Below the pieces are notes generated by a model. It did no database searches, had not been told where the DNA came from, and saw nothing but the letters and a program-made list of their open reading frames with translations. DNA of 64,000 nt, from contig CAVQSP010000015.1 in NCBI GenBank assembly GCA_963715985.1, positions 32,001 to 96,000 of the forward strand. Reading direction: 5' to 3'. This stretch comes from an uncultured Thermoleophilia bacterium (GTDB lineage Bacteria; Actinomycetota; Thermoleophilia; UBA2241). This document shows positions 32,258-42,940 of this stretch, one piece after another. The position numbers and the translations under genes are program-made. How positions within the stretch are numbered: the stretch's first letter is position 1; each line of letters begins with the position of its first letter.

Positions 32258-32287
32258 AGTGTACGTCAGGCGCGCGTGAGCACGCAA
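32258..32287 (-). promoter_or_regulatory. Putative leu operon promoter
   Basis: Minus strand TTGCGT-N18-TACACT, 9 nt upstream of the leader ATG. Confidence 0.5.
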
Positions 32288-32376
32288 GCACTTGGCGATC
32301 AGGGTGGCGGAAGTCCTGTCTCAGGCGCCCCCGCCGGGGAACCTCCAGCGCATCCGACTCGCAAGGAGGTGGGTCA

Positions 32377-32579
32377 CGTGCCCAAGGTAGCGGCGCGCTT
32401 CTCGCAGGCGCCGGCGGCCGCGACCGCGCCGGCCGAGGACCTCAAGAGCGCACATGTGCTCCGGGGACACGCTCGGCTTCGAGGCCGATGACCTCGAGGC
32501 GACGGTGGCAGGACTTCGTGCGAACGGCGTCACGTTCGAGGAATGCCACATCCTCTGCGTCCACCAGACGTTGACCTGA
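32377..32579 (+). pseudogene. VOC/glyoxalase-family gene remnant with internal deletion
   Basis: SD AAGGAGG plus GTG, N-terminal FSQAPAAATAPAEDL, then in another frame LGFEADDLEATVAGLRANGVTFEE, similar to the intact VOC gene at 41207. Confidence 0.55.
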
Positions 32580-32737
32580 CGAGCTGCCGATCCACGGCCC
32601 GGCCTCCGCAAGGCCCGCCGGGCCGCTCTCCCGGTCTGCGGCGGAGACGCGCGCCCGCCCGCCGCACGTGCGATTCTTGACTTTCTCCACCCGTGTGGAT
32701 TAGGTCGGCGTATGACTCCGGGCCGCCCGCACCGCCG

Positions 32738-34420
32738 ATGAAGGACCTCCGCCTGCCCACACGCGCGGAGCTCCCCCACGACCTCCTTGCCGGGCTCACG
32801 CTCAGCGTCACGCAGATCGGCCTCACCCTCGCGTACACCATCGTCGCCGGCGTGCCGCCCGTGCACGGGCTGTACGCCACCATGGTCGGCACGCCCGTGG
32901 GAGCCCTCACCGCCAGCACGCAGCGCATGGCGATGGTCACCACGGCGGCGCTGAGCCTCACGGTGGGCGCCTCGCTGGCGGTGCTCCCGGCCGACCAGCG
33001 CGTCCCCGGCCTCCTCGTGCTGACCGTGCTCACGGGCCTCATGATGCTCGCCGCCGGCCTGCTGCGCGCGGGCGGCCTCACGCGATTCATCTCCAACGCC
33101 GTCATGGTGGGCTTCATGGCCGGCGTGGCGGTGCAGATCGTCCTCGGCCAGTTGGGCGCGCTCACGGGCTTCTCCAGCGACCAGCAGAACAGAGTGATGA
33201 AGGCCGTCGATCTGGCCGGCCACGCGGGCCAGATCGACCCGGCCACCACCGTCCTCGGCGTCACCACCATCGCGCTCATCCTGCTGCTCTCGCTCACGCG
33301 CGCCAAGCTGTTCGCGATGGCGGTGGCGCTGGTGGCGGGCACGGTGCTGGCCGTCCTGCCCGCCTTCTCTTCCGTCGCCGTCATCGGCGACATCGCGCCG
33401 ATCTCGGGGGGCTTCCCACTGCCGCACCTCCCCGATCTCGCCCTGGTGCCTCGACTTCTGATCCCGGCCCTCTCGCTCACGATCATCGGTCTCGTGCAGG
33501 GCGCCGGCATCAGCCGCGCCGTGCGCAACGCCGACGGCACCTCCGGCGACGTGTCTCGCGACTTCACGGCGCAGGGGCTTGCGAACCTCGCCGGCGGGTT
33601 CTTCGGCGGCGCCACGCTGGGCGGGTCCGTGGCGGCCACGTCCGTCAACATGCGCGCCGGCGCGAGGACGCGCTGGGCGGCCGTGTTCGCCGGGCTCATG
33701 CTCATCGCCCTCGTGCTCGTGGCCGCCCCTCTGGTGGCGGCCGTCCCCCAGGCGGTGACGGCCGGCATCGTCATCGTTGCCGCCGGCGGCGCCATCAAGC
33801 TGGTGGCCATGCGCGACATCTGGATGGCCGACAAGCTCTCGGCCCTGGTGATGGCCGTCACGTTCGCGCTCGTGCTCGTGATCCCGCTCGAGTACGCCGT
33901 CCTGGCCGGGACGGCGATCTCGGTGCTCAAGTACATCTACCTGGCGTCCGTGGACATCAAGGTGGTCCGCCTCGAGATCGACGAGCACGGCCGCGCCCGG
34001 GAGTGCGCGCCGCCGCGCACCCTCGAGAACGGCTCGGTCACCGTGATCGACATCTACGGCAGCCTCTTCTTCGCCGCGGGTCCGAAGGTCAGGGAGCTGC
34101 TGCCGGAGCCGGCCGGCGCGCGCCGCGCCGTGGTGGTGCTGCGTCTGCGCGGGCGCGGCACGCTGCACAGCGCCTCCCTGCAGCTGATCCGTGACTATGC
34201 TGCGTCCCTGGCCGCCGGAGGCGGGCGCCTCTTCCTCGCCGGCGTGGGCCCTGAGATGAAGGACCAGCTCGAGCGCACCGGTCTGCTGGCCGCGCTCGGC
34301 GAGGACGCCGTCGTCGAGGCCACTGAGACCGCCTACGGCTCCTGCCAGCTCGCGGAGAGGCGCGGGCAGGCCTGGGCCGCCCCAGGCTCCGGCGCGCCCG
34401 ACGGCCCCGCTCCGCCCTGA
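32738..34420 (+). CDS. SulP-family inorganic anion transporter with STAS domain
   Basis: DLLAGLT, AYTIVAGVPPVHGLY, FISNAVMVGF, AQGLANLAGG; STAS segment IYGSLFFA. Confidence 0.92.
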   Translation: MKDLRLPTRAELPHDLLAGLTLSVTQIGLTLAYTIVAGVPPVHGLYATMVGTPVGALTASTQRMAMVTTAALSLTVGASLAVLPADQRVPGLLVLTVLTGLMMLAAGLLRAGGLTRFISNAVMVGFMAGVAVQIVLGQLGALTGFSSDQQNRVMKAVDLAGHAGQIDPATTVLGVTTIALILLLSLTRAKLFAMAVALVAGTVLAVLPAFSSVAVIGDIAPISGGFPLPHLPDLALVPRLLIPALSLTIIGLVQGAGISRAVRNADGTSGDVSRDFTAQGLANLAGGFFGGATLGGSVAATSVNMRAGARTRWAAVFAGLMLIALVLVAAPLVAAVPQAVTAGIVIVAAGGAIKLVAMRDIWMADKLSALVMAVTFALVLVIPLEYAVLAGTAISVLKYIYLASVDIKVVRLEIDEHGRARECAPPRTLENGSVTVIDIYGSLFFAAGPKVRELLPEPAGARRAVVVLRLRGRGTLHSASLQLIRDYAASLAAGGGRLFLAGVGPEMKDQLERTGLLAALGEDAVVEATETAYGSCQLAERRGQAWAAPGSGAPDGPAPP

Positions 34421-34511
34421 GGCCGGCCCGCACGGCCCGCTCTCGCATTCCGCGGGCCGCCGGGTATGGTCTAGGATGAAGGCGTCACGGAGGGTCTACG
34501 GGGGGGTCGAG

Positions 34512-36344
34512 ATGCGCGGACGCTGGCTCGTTGTGGCGGCGGTGTGTGCCGCAGCCTTGGCGCTGGCCGGCACGGCGCCGGCCTTCACGCCGCTCTGGTC
34601 CCAGCCCGTCAACGGAGCCGCGCGCCTCGTCGCCGCCCGGGGGGCCATGGTCGTCTGGGCCGCGGAGTCGGCGGGAAGCGTCGTGCTGCTCGGTCGTGCT
34701 TACGACGCCGCCGGGGAGCCCCTCGGCACTGAGCCCGTGGCGCTCGTGGACGGCGTCTCGGGTCTCACCGACTGGCTCGCGGCGCCCGCCCCCGGCGGCG
34801 ACGTGACGCTCGCGTGGAAGTCCGGCGGCGTGACCTACGTCGCACGCCGGACCGCCGCCGGTGCGCCCGTGTACGGCCCGGTCGCAGTGTGTTCCGACGA
34901 GGCGGTGGCCGCTGCCCGCGGCGCCGGGGCCACCGCGACGCCGGTCCTGCTTCTGGGCGACGGCGGCGGCGGCGCCTACGTCGTGCTGCAGGCCACGCCG
35001 TCGCAGGCCGGGGGCGACTCGCTGCTCACGCGCGTCTCGGCCGCGGGCGCGCTCGCTACCTCGTCACCGGGCCTGGCCGTCGCCAAGGGCACGGTCGCCG
35101 CCGCGGCCGCGGACGATCAGGACCACCTCTACGTGCTGCTGACCGGCCCAGGCCGCAACGGGGTCGCCGTGCAGCGGTACAACCCGGAGCTCGCGGCGGA
35201 CTGGCCCGCGCCCATACCGCCGTACAACCCGCTGGCGGGGTCGCCGTCGGCGGCGGCGCAGACGCCACTCACCCTCTACACGGCCGGCGCGACGGCCACG
35301 GCCGCGTGGCGCGAGGGCATCCTCGTCAAGCTGCAGCGATACACGCAGGCCGGGGAGCGCCTGTGGCTGCGCCCGGCCTCGGTGGAGGCCGGCGACGATG
35401 CTCAGGTGGCGGGCGACGGGGACCGCGGGTCCTATGTCGCATGGGCTGCCGGAGACGGGCTGCGGGTGCGGCACGTCCTTGGGGAGGGGACCGTTCTTGA
35501 GGCCGCCGAAGGGAGCTCGGTCGGCCTCGGCGCGACCGCGCCGCGCGTGGACGGTGTCAGCGGCGATCAGGCCGGTGACCTCTCGGTGGCCTTCAGCTCC
35601 GGAGGGTCCACCGGCGGCGTCGCCCAGATGACCTGCCTCGGCGCCTGGACGCTGCCTGCCTTCACCCCCGCGGCCGCCGCGTTCGCCGCGCTGCAGGGCG
35701 ATGGCGCCGGCGGCGCCTACGCCCTCGGCTCCGGCGACACCGCCCGCCTGTGGCACCTCGGAGAGGCCGGAGCGGCCCTCACCCTGCGGCCGCGGGCCGC
35801 CAGCGTCACCTACGGCGAGACCGTGAAGATCGCCGGCTACCTGACGCAGGACGGGGCGCCCATCGCCGGCGCGACCGTAAGGCTGGCGCCGGCTGGCGGC
35901 CCGACTGCGTCCCTGGTGACCGACGCGGACGGTCTGTACTCGACGGCGGTCAAGCCGGAGGCGAGCGCCTCATGGACGGCGTCGGCGACGGGCCCGGCCG
36001 GCCAAGCGATCGTCAGCGATCCGTCCCCGGTCATCTCCGTGGCGCCGAACGTGAGCCTGTCGCTCGGCAACATCCCTTCCGGCGGCGGGTACGTCGAGAT
36101 CTTCTCCGGCGAGGTGGAGCCGCACCACGCGGGCAGCCAGGTGCTGGTCCAGCGCAAAGTGGGTGACGCCTGGAAGACGATCTCCTCCGGCAAGCTGAAC
36201 GGCGCCTCGAAGTACCGCGTGACCTGGCGCCTGCCGCTGGTCGCCGCCACGTACCTGTTCCGCACCGTGCTGCCGGCGCACGCCGACCACGCCGCCGGCG
36301 TGTCGCGCACGGCCCGTCTGCGGGTGGTGATCGGGCCGGCCTGA
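34512..36344 (+). CDS. Secreted hypothetical protein (beta-rich N-terminus, Ig-like C-terminal domains)
   Basis: Signal peptide MRGRWLVVAAVCAAALALAGTAPA; repeated GDG.GG.YV motifs; alternative start at 34476. Confidence 0.7.
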   Translation: MRGRWLVVAAVCAAALALAGTAPAFTPLWSQPVNGAARLVAARGAMVVWAAESAGSVVLLGRAYDAAGEPLGTEPVALVDGVSGLTDWLAAPAPGGDVTLAWKSGGVTYVARRTAAGAPVYGPVAVCSDEAVAAARGAGATATPVLLLGDGGGGAYVVLQATPSQAGGDSLLTRVSAAGALATSSPGLAVAKGTVAAAAADDQDHLYVLLTGPGRNGVAVQRYNPELAADWPAPIPPYNPLAGSPSAAAQTPLTLYTAGATATAAWREGILVKLQRYTQAGERLWLRPASVEAGDDAQVAGDGDRGSYVAWAAGDGLRVRHVLGEGTVLEAAEGSSVGLGATAPRVDGVSGDQAGDLSVAFSSGGSTGGVAQMTCLGAWTLPAFTPAAAAFAALQGDGAGGAYALGSGDTARLWHLGEAGAALTLRPRAASVTYGETVKIAGYLTQDGAPIAGATVRLAPAGGPTASLVTDADGLYSTAVKPEASASWTASATGPAGQAIVSDPSPVISVAPNVSLSLGNIPSGGGYVEIFSGEVEPHHAGSQVLVQRKVGDAWKTISSGKLNGASKYRVTWRLPLVAATYLFRTVLPAHADHAAGVSRTARLRVVIGPA

Positions 36345-36373
36345 CCTGCACGCTGCAGGCCGGCCCGATCACC
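36326..36373. terminator. 18-bp stem hairpin at a convergent gene junction
   Basis: ggtgatcgggccggcctg ... caggccggcccgatcacc. Confidence 0.55.
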
Positions 36374-36392
36374 GCTCCTCACATGGGCTCGG

Positions 36393-37994
36393 TCAGAGCT
36401 CGGCCCTGCGCCCGTCCGCGAGCCCGCAGCTCTCGACCAGCTTCGCGAGCTGCTCGGCGCTCAGCGGGTCGTCGAGCGTGACGGCCATGACGGCCTTCTG
36501 GTCCTTGACCTCGCGGCCCACGCCCATCTGTCCGATGTTGATGCCGAACTCGCCGAGCCTGGTCCCGATCTTGCCGATCATGCCGGGCACGTCGGCGTAG
36601 CGCAGGAAGACCATGTGCGGCGCCGGCTCGATGTCCACGTCCTGGCGGTACACCTTGACGAGACGGGGCCGGTGCTTTGGCCCCAGCGTAGTACCGGACA
36701 CCGAGAGCTCACCCTGCGCGTCGTGGGTCGTCACCGTGATGAGGTTGAGGAAGTCCACCGCGGCCGGCTGCTTGCTCTCTTTGGCGGTGATGCCGCGCTC
36801 CTCGGCGATGCTCTGCACGTTGACGAAGTTGACCGGCCCGTCGACCTTGTCGGCGAGCACGCCCTGGAGCACGCCCAGCGTGAGGATGCGCGTGTCGTAG
36901 CGGGCGATGCCGCCGCCGTACGCGATCTCGAAGGCGTCCACGGGGCCGTCGGCGATCTGCACGATGAGCTTGCCGAGCTGCTCGCAGAGCCCGAGGAACG
37001 GCATCAGCTCGTCGGCGTCCTCACCGGGGGCGAGCGGGATGTTGACGGCGTTGCTGGCGAACTCGCCCTTGAGCACCGCCGCCACCTGCTCCGCGATGAT
37101 CATGCCGGCGCGCAGCTGCGCCTCCACCGTGCTGGCGCCGAGGTGCGGCGTCGCGACCACGCTGTCGTACTTGAACAGCGGGCTCTCGGTGGTCGGCTCC
37201 TTGGGGTACACGTCCACGGCCGAGGCGGCGACCTTGCCGCTCTCGATGGCGCGCGCCCAGGCGTCCTCGTCGATGATGCCGCCGCGCGCCACGTTGATGA
37301 CGCGCACGCCGTCCTTCATCTTGGCGAACTCGTCGTCGCCGATGAACCCGAGGGTCTCGGCGTTCTTGGGCAGGTGCACCGTGATGAAGTCGGCCTCGCG
37401 GTAGATCTTGTCCGGGCTGTCCGCGCGCTCGAGGCCGAGCTCGTGGAACTTCTCGGCCGGCACGAACGGGTCGTAGGCGAGCACGTTCATGCCCAGGCCG
37501 CGGGCGTCCTCGGCGACGAGGAACCCGATGCGGCCGAGGCCGATGATGCCCAGCGTCTTGCCGCGCACCTCGACGCCGCCCTTGCCCCACTTGCCCTTGG
37601 CCCAGTCGCCGTTCTTGAGGTCGGCGTGGGCCTGCGCGAGGTTGCGGGCGCAGGCCATGAGCAAAGCGATCGTCTGCTCGGCGGCGGAGAGCACGTTGCT
37701 CTGCGGCGCGTTGACGACGATGACGCCGCGCTTGGTGGCCTCTTTGACGTCGATGTTGTCGACGCCGACACCGGCGCGGCCTACCACCTGCAGGTTGGTG
37801 CCGGCCTGGATCACGTCCGCGGTCACCTTGGTGGCCGAGCGGATGATGAGGCCGTGGTACTCGGGGATGCGCCTGAGCAGCTCGTCGGCGTCCCACTCGG
37901 TGCCGATGTCCACCTGGAAGCCGAGGTCCTCGAGGTACTTGACGCCTTCGGGGGCCAGCTTCTCCTTCACCAGGACTTTCTTCTGTTCGGTCAT
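36393..37994 (-). CDS. serA: D-3-phosphoglycerate dehydrogenase (type I, with ASB and ACT domains)
   Basis: IRSAT, GRAGVGVDNID, GLGRIG, INVARGG, EP, TPHLGAST; C-terminal ACT (DVPGMIGKIG). Confidence 0.95.
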   Translation of the reverse strand: MTEQKKVLVKEKLAPEGVKYLEDLGFQVDIGTEWDADELLRRIPEYHGLIIRSATKVTADVIQAGTNLQVVGRAGVGVDNIDVKEATKRGVIVVNAPQSNVLSAAEQTIALLMACARNLAQAHADLKNGDWAKGKWGKGGVEVRGKTLGIIGLGRIGFLVAEDARGLGMNVLAYDPFVPAEKFHELGLERADSPDKIYREADFITVHLPKNAETLGFIGDDEFAKMKDGVRVINVARGGIIDEDAWARAIESGKVAASAVDVYPKEPTTESPLFKYDSVVATPHLGASTVEAQLRAGMIIAEQVAAVLKGEFASNAVNIPLAPGEDADELMPFLGLCEQLGKLIVQIADGPVDAFEIAYGGGIARYDTRILTLGVLQGVLADKVDGPVNFVNVQSIAEERGITAKESKQPAAVDFLNLITVTTHDAQGELSVSGTTLGPKHRPRLVKVYRQDVDIEPAPHMVFLRYADVPGMIGKIGTRLGEFGINIGQMGVGREVKDQKAVMAVTLDDPLSAEQLAKLVESCGLADGRRAEL

Positions 37995-38009
37995 GTCACA
38001 TCACCCTTC

Positions 38010-39170
38010 TCAGAGCAAGACGGTGCTCTGCATGAACACCTGCTCGGCGGCGCCCACAGAGGCGCCGAACTTGACGTCGTACCCGAGCTCGGCAAGCACC
38101 ATCTCCACGGTGCTCAGGCCGACGACGATGTCGCTGTGGCCGAAGTAGCCGCAGTGGCCGAAGCGGAAGATCTTGCCTTTGACGGCGCCCTGGCCGCCGG
38201 CCAGCCACACGCCGTACTTGTCGCGGGCGATCTTGCCGATCTTGCCGCCGTCGACGCCCTCGGGCACCTTGACCGCGGTCACGGAGTTCGCCTCCGGGTC
38301 CTCGACGGCGAAGAGCTCGAGGCCGAGCGCCTTGACGCCCTCGCGTGCGGCCTTGCCGAGCACGCGATGGCGCTCGAACACGTTCTGCAGGCCCTCTTCC
38401 TTGATGAGGTCGATGGCGGCGTTTTGCGCGACCATCAGATTGACGGCCGGAGTGTAGGGAGTCTGGGCGGAGTCGCCGGTCATCTTCTTGCGCATCGCGA
38501 CGAAGTCGAAGTAGAAGCGCGGCGTGGTGCACGTGTCGATCACGGCCCACGCCTTCTCGCTGACGGCCGCATAGGCCAGGCCCGGCGGCACCATGAGCGC
38601 CTTCTGGGAACCGGCCACGCAGATGTCGACCTTCCACTCGTCGGTCTTCAGGTCGCTGGCGCCGAGGCCGCTGATCGCGTCCACGACCAGGATCGCGGGG
38701 GTCCCGGCGACGATCTCGCCGATGGCCTTGATGTCGTTGACGACACCGGTGGACGTCTCGCTGTGCTGCACGAACACGGCCTTGATGGCCGGGTCGGCGG
38801 CGAGCGCCTTCTCGATGTCGGCCGGGTCGGCCTTGGTGCCCCACGCGTAGTCGAGCGCGGTGACCTCGGCGCCCCACGTGGCGTTGAGCTTCTTCCAGCG
38901 CTCGCCGAAGTTGCCGACGGACGCGACGAGGACGTGGTCGCCCGCGTTCACGACGTTGGTGACGGCGGCCTCCATGGCGCCGGTGCCGCTGGCGGCGTAC
39001 ACCATGATGTCGTTCTCGGTCTGGTAGATGTACTTCATGCCCGCGACGACCTGCGTGAGGATCTCGGTGAAGCGCGGCGCGCGGTGATGGATGACGGGCT
39101 CGGCGAGGGCGGAGAGCACCTCCGGCGGGACGGGAGTCGGGCCGGGAGTGATCAGGAAGCGCTTCTGCAT
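38010..39170 (-). CDS. Class V aminotransferase (AGT/serine-pyruvate type; probable phosphoserine aminotransferase role next to serA)
   Basis: ITPGPT, HHRAP, SGTGAME, HSETSTG, DAISGLG, GSQKALMVPPG. Confidence 0.9.
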   Translation of the reverse strand: MQKRFLITPGPTPVPPEVLSALAEPVIHHRAPRFTEILTQVVAGMKYIYQTENDIMVYAASGTGAMEAAVTNVVNAGDHVLVASVGNFGERWKKLNATWGAEVTALDYAWGTKADPADIEKALAADPAIKAVFVQHSETSTGVVNDIKAIGEIVAGTPAILVVDAISGLGASDLKTDEWKVDICVAGSQKALMVPPGLAYAAVSEKAWAVIDTCTTPRFYFDFVAMRKKMTGDSAQTPYTPAVNLMVAQNAAIDLIKEEGLQNVFERHRVLGKAAREGVKALGLELFAVEDPEANSVTAVKVPEGVDGGKIGKIARDKYGVWLAGGQGAVKGKIFRFGHCGYFGHSDIVVGLSTVEMVLAELGYDVKFGASVGAAEQVFMQSTVLL

Positions 39171-39243
39171 CGGTGGTCCTTTCGTGTGCCGGCGGCGGCC
39201 GCAGCGTGGTCGGCCGGCGGTGTGGACAGACGGTGAAGGCGGC

Positions 39244-39273
39244 ATTCTAGCCGCCTTGCACGGGAGTTCACAA
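39244..39273 (-). promoter_or_regulatory. Putative promoter of the aminotransferase-serA operon
   Basis: Minus strand TTGTGA-N18-TAGAAT. Confidence 0.5.
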
Positions 39274-39357
39274 GCAGGACGATCGGGGTATCGTGAGGCG
39301 CGGCAGCAGACGCACGGGCCGGAGACGGAGAGGGGCTTCGTGGTGAGGTGCGGGAGC

Positions 39358-39404
39358 CGGCTGGAGCGGGCGGGGCGGTGAGACCGCCCCGCCCGCTCCA
39401 GCCG
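39358..39404. repeat. Perfect 22-bp inverted repeat (hairpin)
   Basis: cggctggagcgggcggggcggt-gag-accgccccgcccgctccagccg. Confidence 0.75.
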
Positions 39405-39489
39405 TCACGACGGGCGATGTGAAGACTCTCGCATGGGTGGGATGATAGCGGACCGCCCGCGAGGGTGTCCAGCCGACCCGCCCCGCAGC

Positions 39490-41053
39490 CTAGAGCTCTA
39501 CCGCCCGCGCCAACACGAGGCCGCAGGCGCCGACCAGCTCGTCCGCCTGGGCCGGCGTGAGCGGCTGGTCGAGCGTGAGCGCCATGACGGCCTCGTCGCC
39601 GAGCCTGCCCCTGCCGACCGACATGTGGGCGATGTTGACCCGCCACTCGCCGAGCAGCGTTCCGACCTTGCCGCCGATGCCGGCCGCGTCCACATAGCGC
39701 AGTACCGCCATGTGGGCGGCGGGCTCGATGTCCACGTCCTCGCCGAACACACGGACCAGGCGAGGCTTGTGCGCCGGGCCCAGCGACGTGCCGGCCACGG
39801 TCACGCCGCCACCGGTCACCGTGATGAGTCGCGGGAAGTCCGGTATCTCCGACTGGCGCTGTTCCGCGGCCGTCACGCCCAGGTCGCGGGCGAGACCCTG
39901 GGCGTTGACGAAGTTCACCGGGCCGCCCGCGCGATCGGCGAGCACACCGCCGAGCACACCGAGGGTGAGCAGGCCGGTGTCGAAGTAGGAGATGCTGCCC
40001 CCGTACGTGATGTCCACGGCATCCACCGTGCCGTCGGCGAGCTGCACGAGCAGACGCCCGAGCTGGTCGCACAGCGGCACGTAGGCCATGAGCTCCGCGG
40101 CGTCGTCGCCGGCCGCCACCGGCACGTTGACGACGCCTGCGGGGAACCTCCCGCAGCAGAGCATCGGCGACCGCCTCGGCCACGCTGGTCCCGGCGCGCA
40201 CACGGGCGTCGACCGTGGCTGCGGCCAGGTGGGCCGTGAGCAGCACGTTGGCCGTGTGTGCCAGCGGGTCCGAGGACGGCGCCTCGTCGGCCGAGACCTC
40301 CACGGCAGCCGCCGCCACGTGTCCGCTCTCGAGGGCGCGCACGAGCGCCGCCCGGTCCAGTGCGTCGGGACCAGACAGGCAGACCACCCGCACGCCCGGC
40401 TTGAGGGCCGCGAACTCCGCGTCCCCGAACAGGCCGGCCCCGGCGGGCAGCTGCACCACGAGGAAGTCGGCCTCCGCGTACACCTGCTCGGGCTCCATAC
40501 GCTCGAGCGGCGCGTCGGCCGCCGTCGCGGCGCCGCGCGGGTCACACGCGAGCACCGTCATGCGCAGGGCGCGAGCGGCCTCGGCGAGCAGCGGCGAGCT
40601 CGCACCGAGGCCCACCAGACCGAGCGTCTTGCCGCGCAGTTCCACGCCAGAGTCCGTCCAGCGGTCCTTGAGCCAGCGCCCGTCGCGCAGGTCGGCGTCG
40701 GTGCTCGCAAGGTCGCGCGCGGAGGCCAGCAGCATCGCCAACGCCTGCTCCGCCTCCGAGACCGCGTTGCTGTGCGGCGTGTGGACGACGAGCACGCCGC
40801 GCCGCGTGGCCTCCTCCACGTCCACCCCGTCGACCCCGGCGCCGGCGCGGCCGACGACCCTGAGCCGCCGCCCCGCCCGCACCACCTCGGCGGTGACCGG
40901 CGTGTCGGGGCCTACGACGAGCGCGTCGGCGTCGGCCACCAGGCCCACCAACTCGTCGTCTCCGGCGACCTGCACGCGGCTGACGCCGAGCCCGTTGTTC
41001 TCCAGCGAAGCGACGCACTCGTCGGCGACGTCGCCCAGGACCACGACCCTCAT
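39490..41053 (-). CDS. SerA-like paralog with degenerate active site (frameshift near 40160)
   Basis: Colinear with serA (GRAGAGVDGVD, GVELRGKTLG, PVNFVNA, GPAHKPRLV, ACT), but GLGRIG is GLGASS and NVARG is CLSGP; split over two frames. Confidence 0.75.
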
Positions 41054-41140
41054 GCTCGCGATCATCTCACGCCCCAATCCAGAGTGACGGCCATCTCCCG
41101 GCAAGGCTAGACCACACCGCCCGTCGCAGTCCACCGCCCC

Positions 41141-41186
41141 GCATACGGAGTGATTCGGTATTCAAGAGGGAATCACTCCCGTATGC
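41141..41186. promoter_or_regulatory. 16-bp inverted repeat upstream of the VOC gene
   Basis: gcatacggagtgattc ... gaatcactcc(c)gtatgc with one bulge, just before the SD AAGGAG. Confidence 0.5.
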
Positions 41187-41206
41187 CATCAACAAGGAGC
41201 GACTAG

Positions 41207-41617
41207 ATGAGCTTCAAGGATTCCTCCATAATGCCGGTCCTCGCCGTCGATGATCTCGAGCGCGCGAAGGCCTTCTATAGCGACAAGCTCGGCTTCCGCG
41301 TGCGTGAGGACGACTCCATGCCGGGCGGCGCTGTGGTCGAGGTAGGGTCGAGCTCCTACATCTTCCTCTACACGACCGAGTTCAAGCGCGGCGAGAACAC
41401 CGTCGCCTCGTTCCTGGTCGCGGACGTCAGGGAGACGGTGCGCGAGCTTCGCGGGCGCGGCGTGACCTTCGAGGAGTACGACCTCCCCGGCCTCAAGTCC
41501 GAGGACGGCGTCGTCACCATCAGCGAGGGCAACGAGGGCGCCTTCTTCAAAGACAGCGAAGGCAACACCATCGCAGTCTCGACCGACTTCACGGAGGCCT
41601 TGCGCAAGGCCGCCTGA
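41207..41617 (+). CDS. VOC/glyoxalase-family protein
   Basis: LAVDDLERAKAFYSDKLG, GVTFEEYD, AFFKDSEGN. Confidence 0.9.
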   Translation: MSFKDSSIMPVLAVDDLERAKAFYSDKLGFRVREDDSMPGGAVVEVGSSSYIFLYTTEFKRGENTVASFLVADVRETVRELRGRGVTFEEYDLPGLKSEDGVVTISEGNEGAFFKDSEGNTIAVSTDFTEALRKAA

Positions 41618-41640
41618 CACGTCTGAGTCGTCGGACGAGA

Positions 41641-41681
41641 ACGGGGCGGCGGGGAGCGCGATGCGCTCCCCGCCGCCCCGT
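41641..41681. terminator. Perfect 19-bp hairpin between the convergent VOC and ilvC genes
   Basis: acggggcggcggggagcgc-gat-gcgctccccgccgccccgt. Confidence 0.7.
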
Positions 41682-41702
41682 CACATCGGGCGTGACGATG
41701 GC

Positions 41703-42707
<1,005 letters not shown>

Positions 42708-42761
42708 GCGGTCTCTCCTCCTCTGGACGGCCCCCACGGGCCGGGTCACTCCGAACGATGA

Positions 42762-42790
42762 ACTTTACTTCGTCGGAGCGTCACCGGCAA
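42762..42790 (-). promoter_or_regulatory. Putative ilvC promoter overlapped by an imperfect dyad
   Basis: Minus strand TTGCCG-N17-TAAAGT; ctccgaacga...tcgtcggag dyad around the -10. Confidence 0.5.
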
Positions 42791-42940
42791 TTCGCGAGGC
42801 GCGGACGACGCCGCGATCGCAGACGCCCCGTCCTCAGGCTTGTGGAGAGCGCTGGTGCCGGCGACGTGATCCTCGATTCACGAGAGGCCGACCCCGCCGC
42901 GCGGATCTTCGGCATCACGACGTTCGATCCGGGCTGAGCC

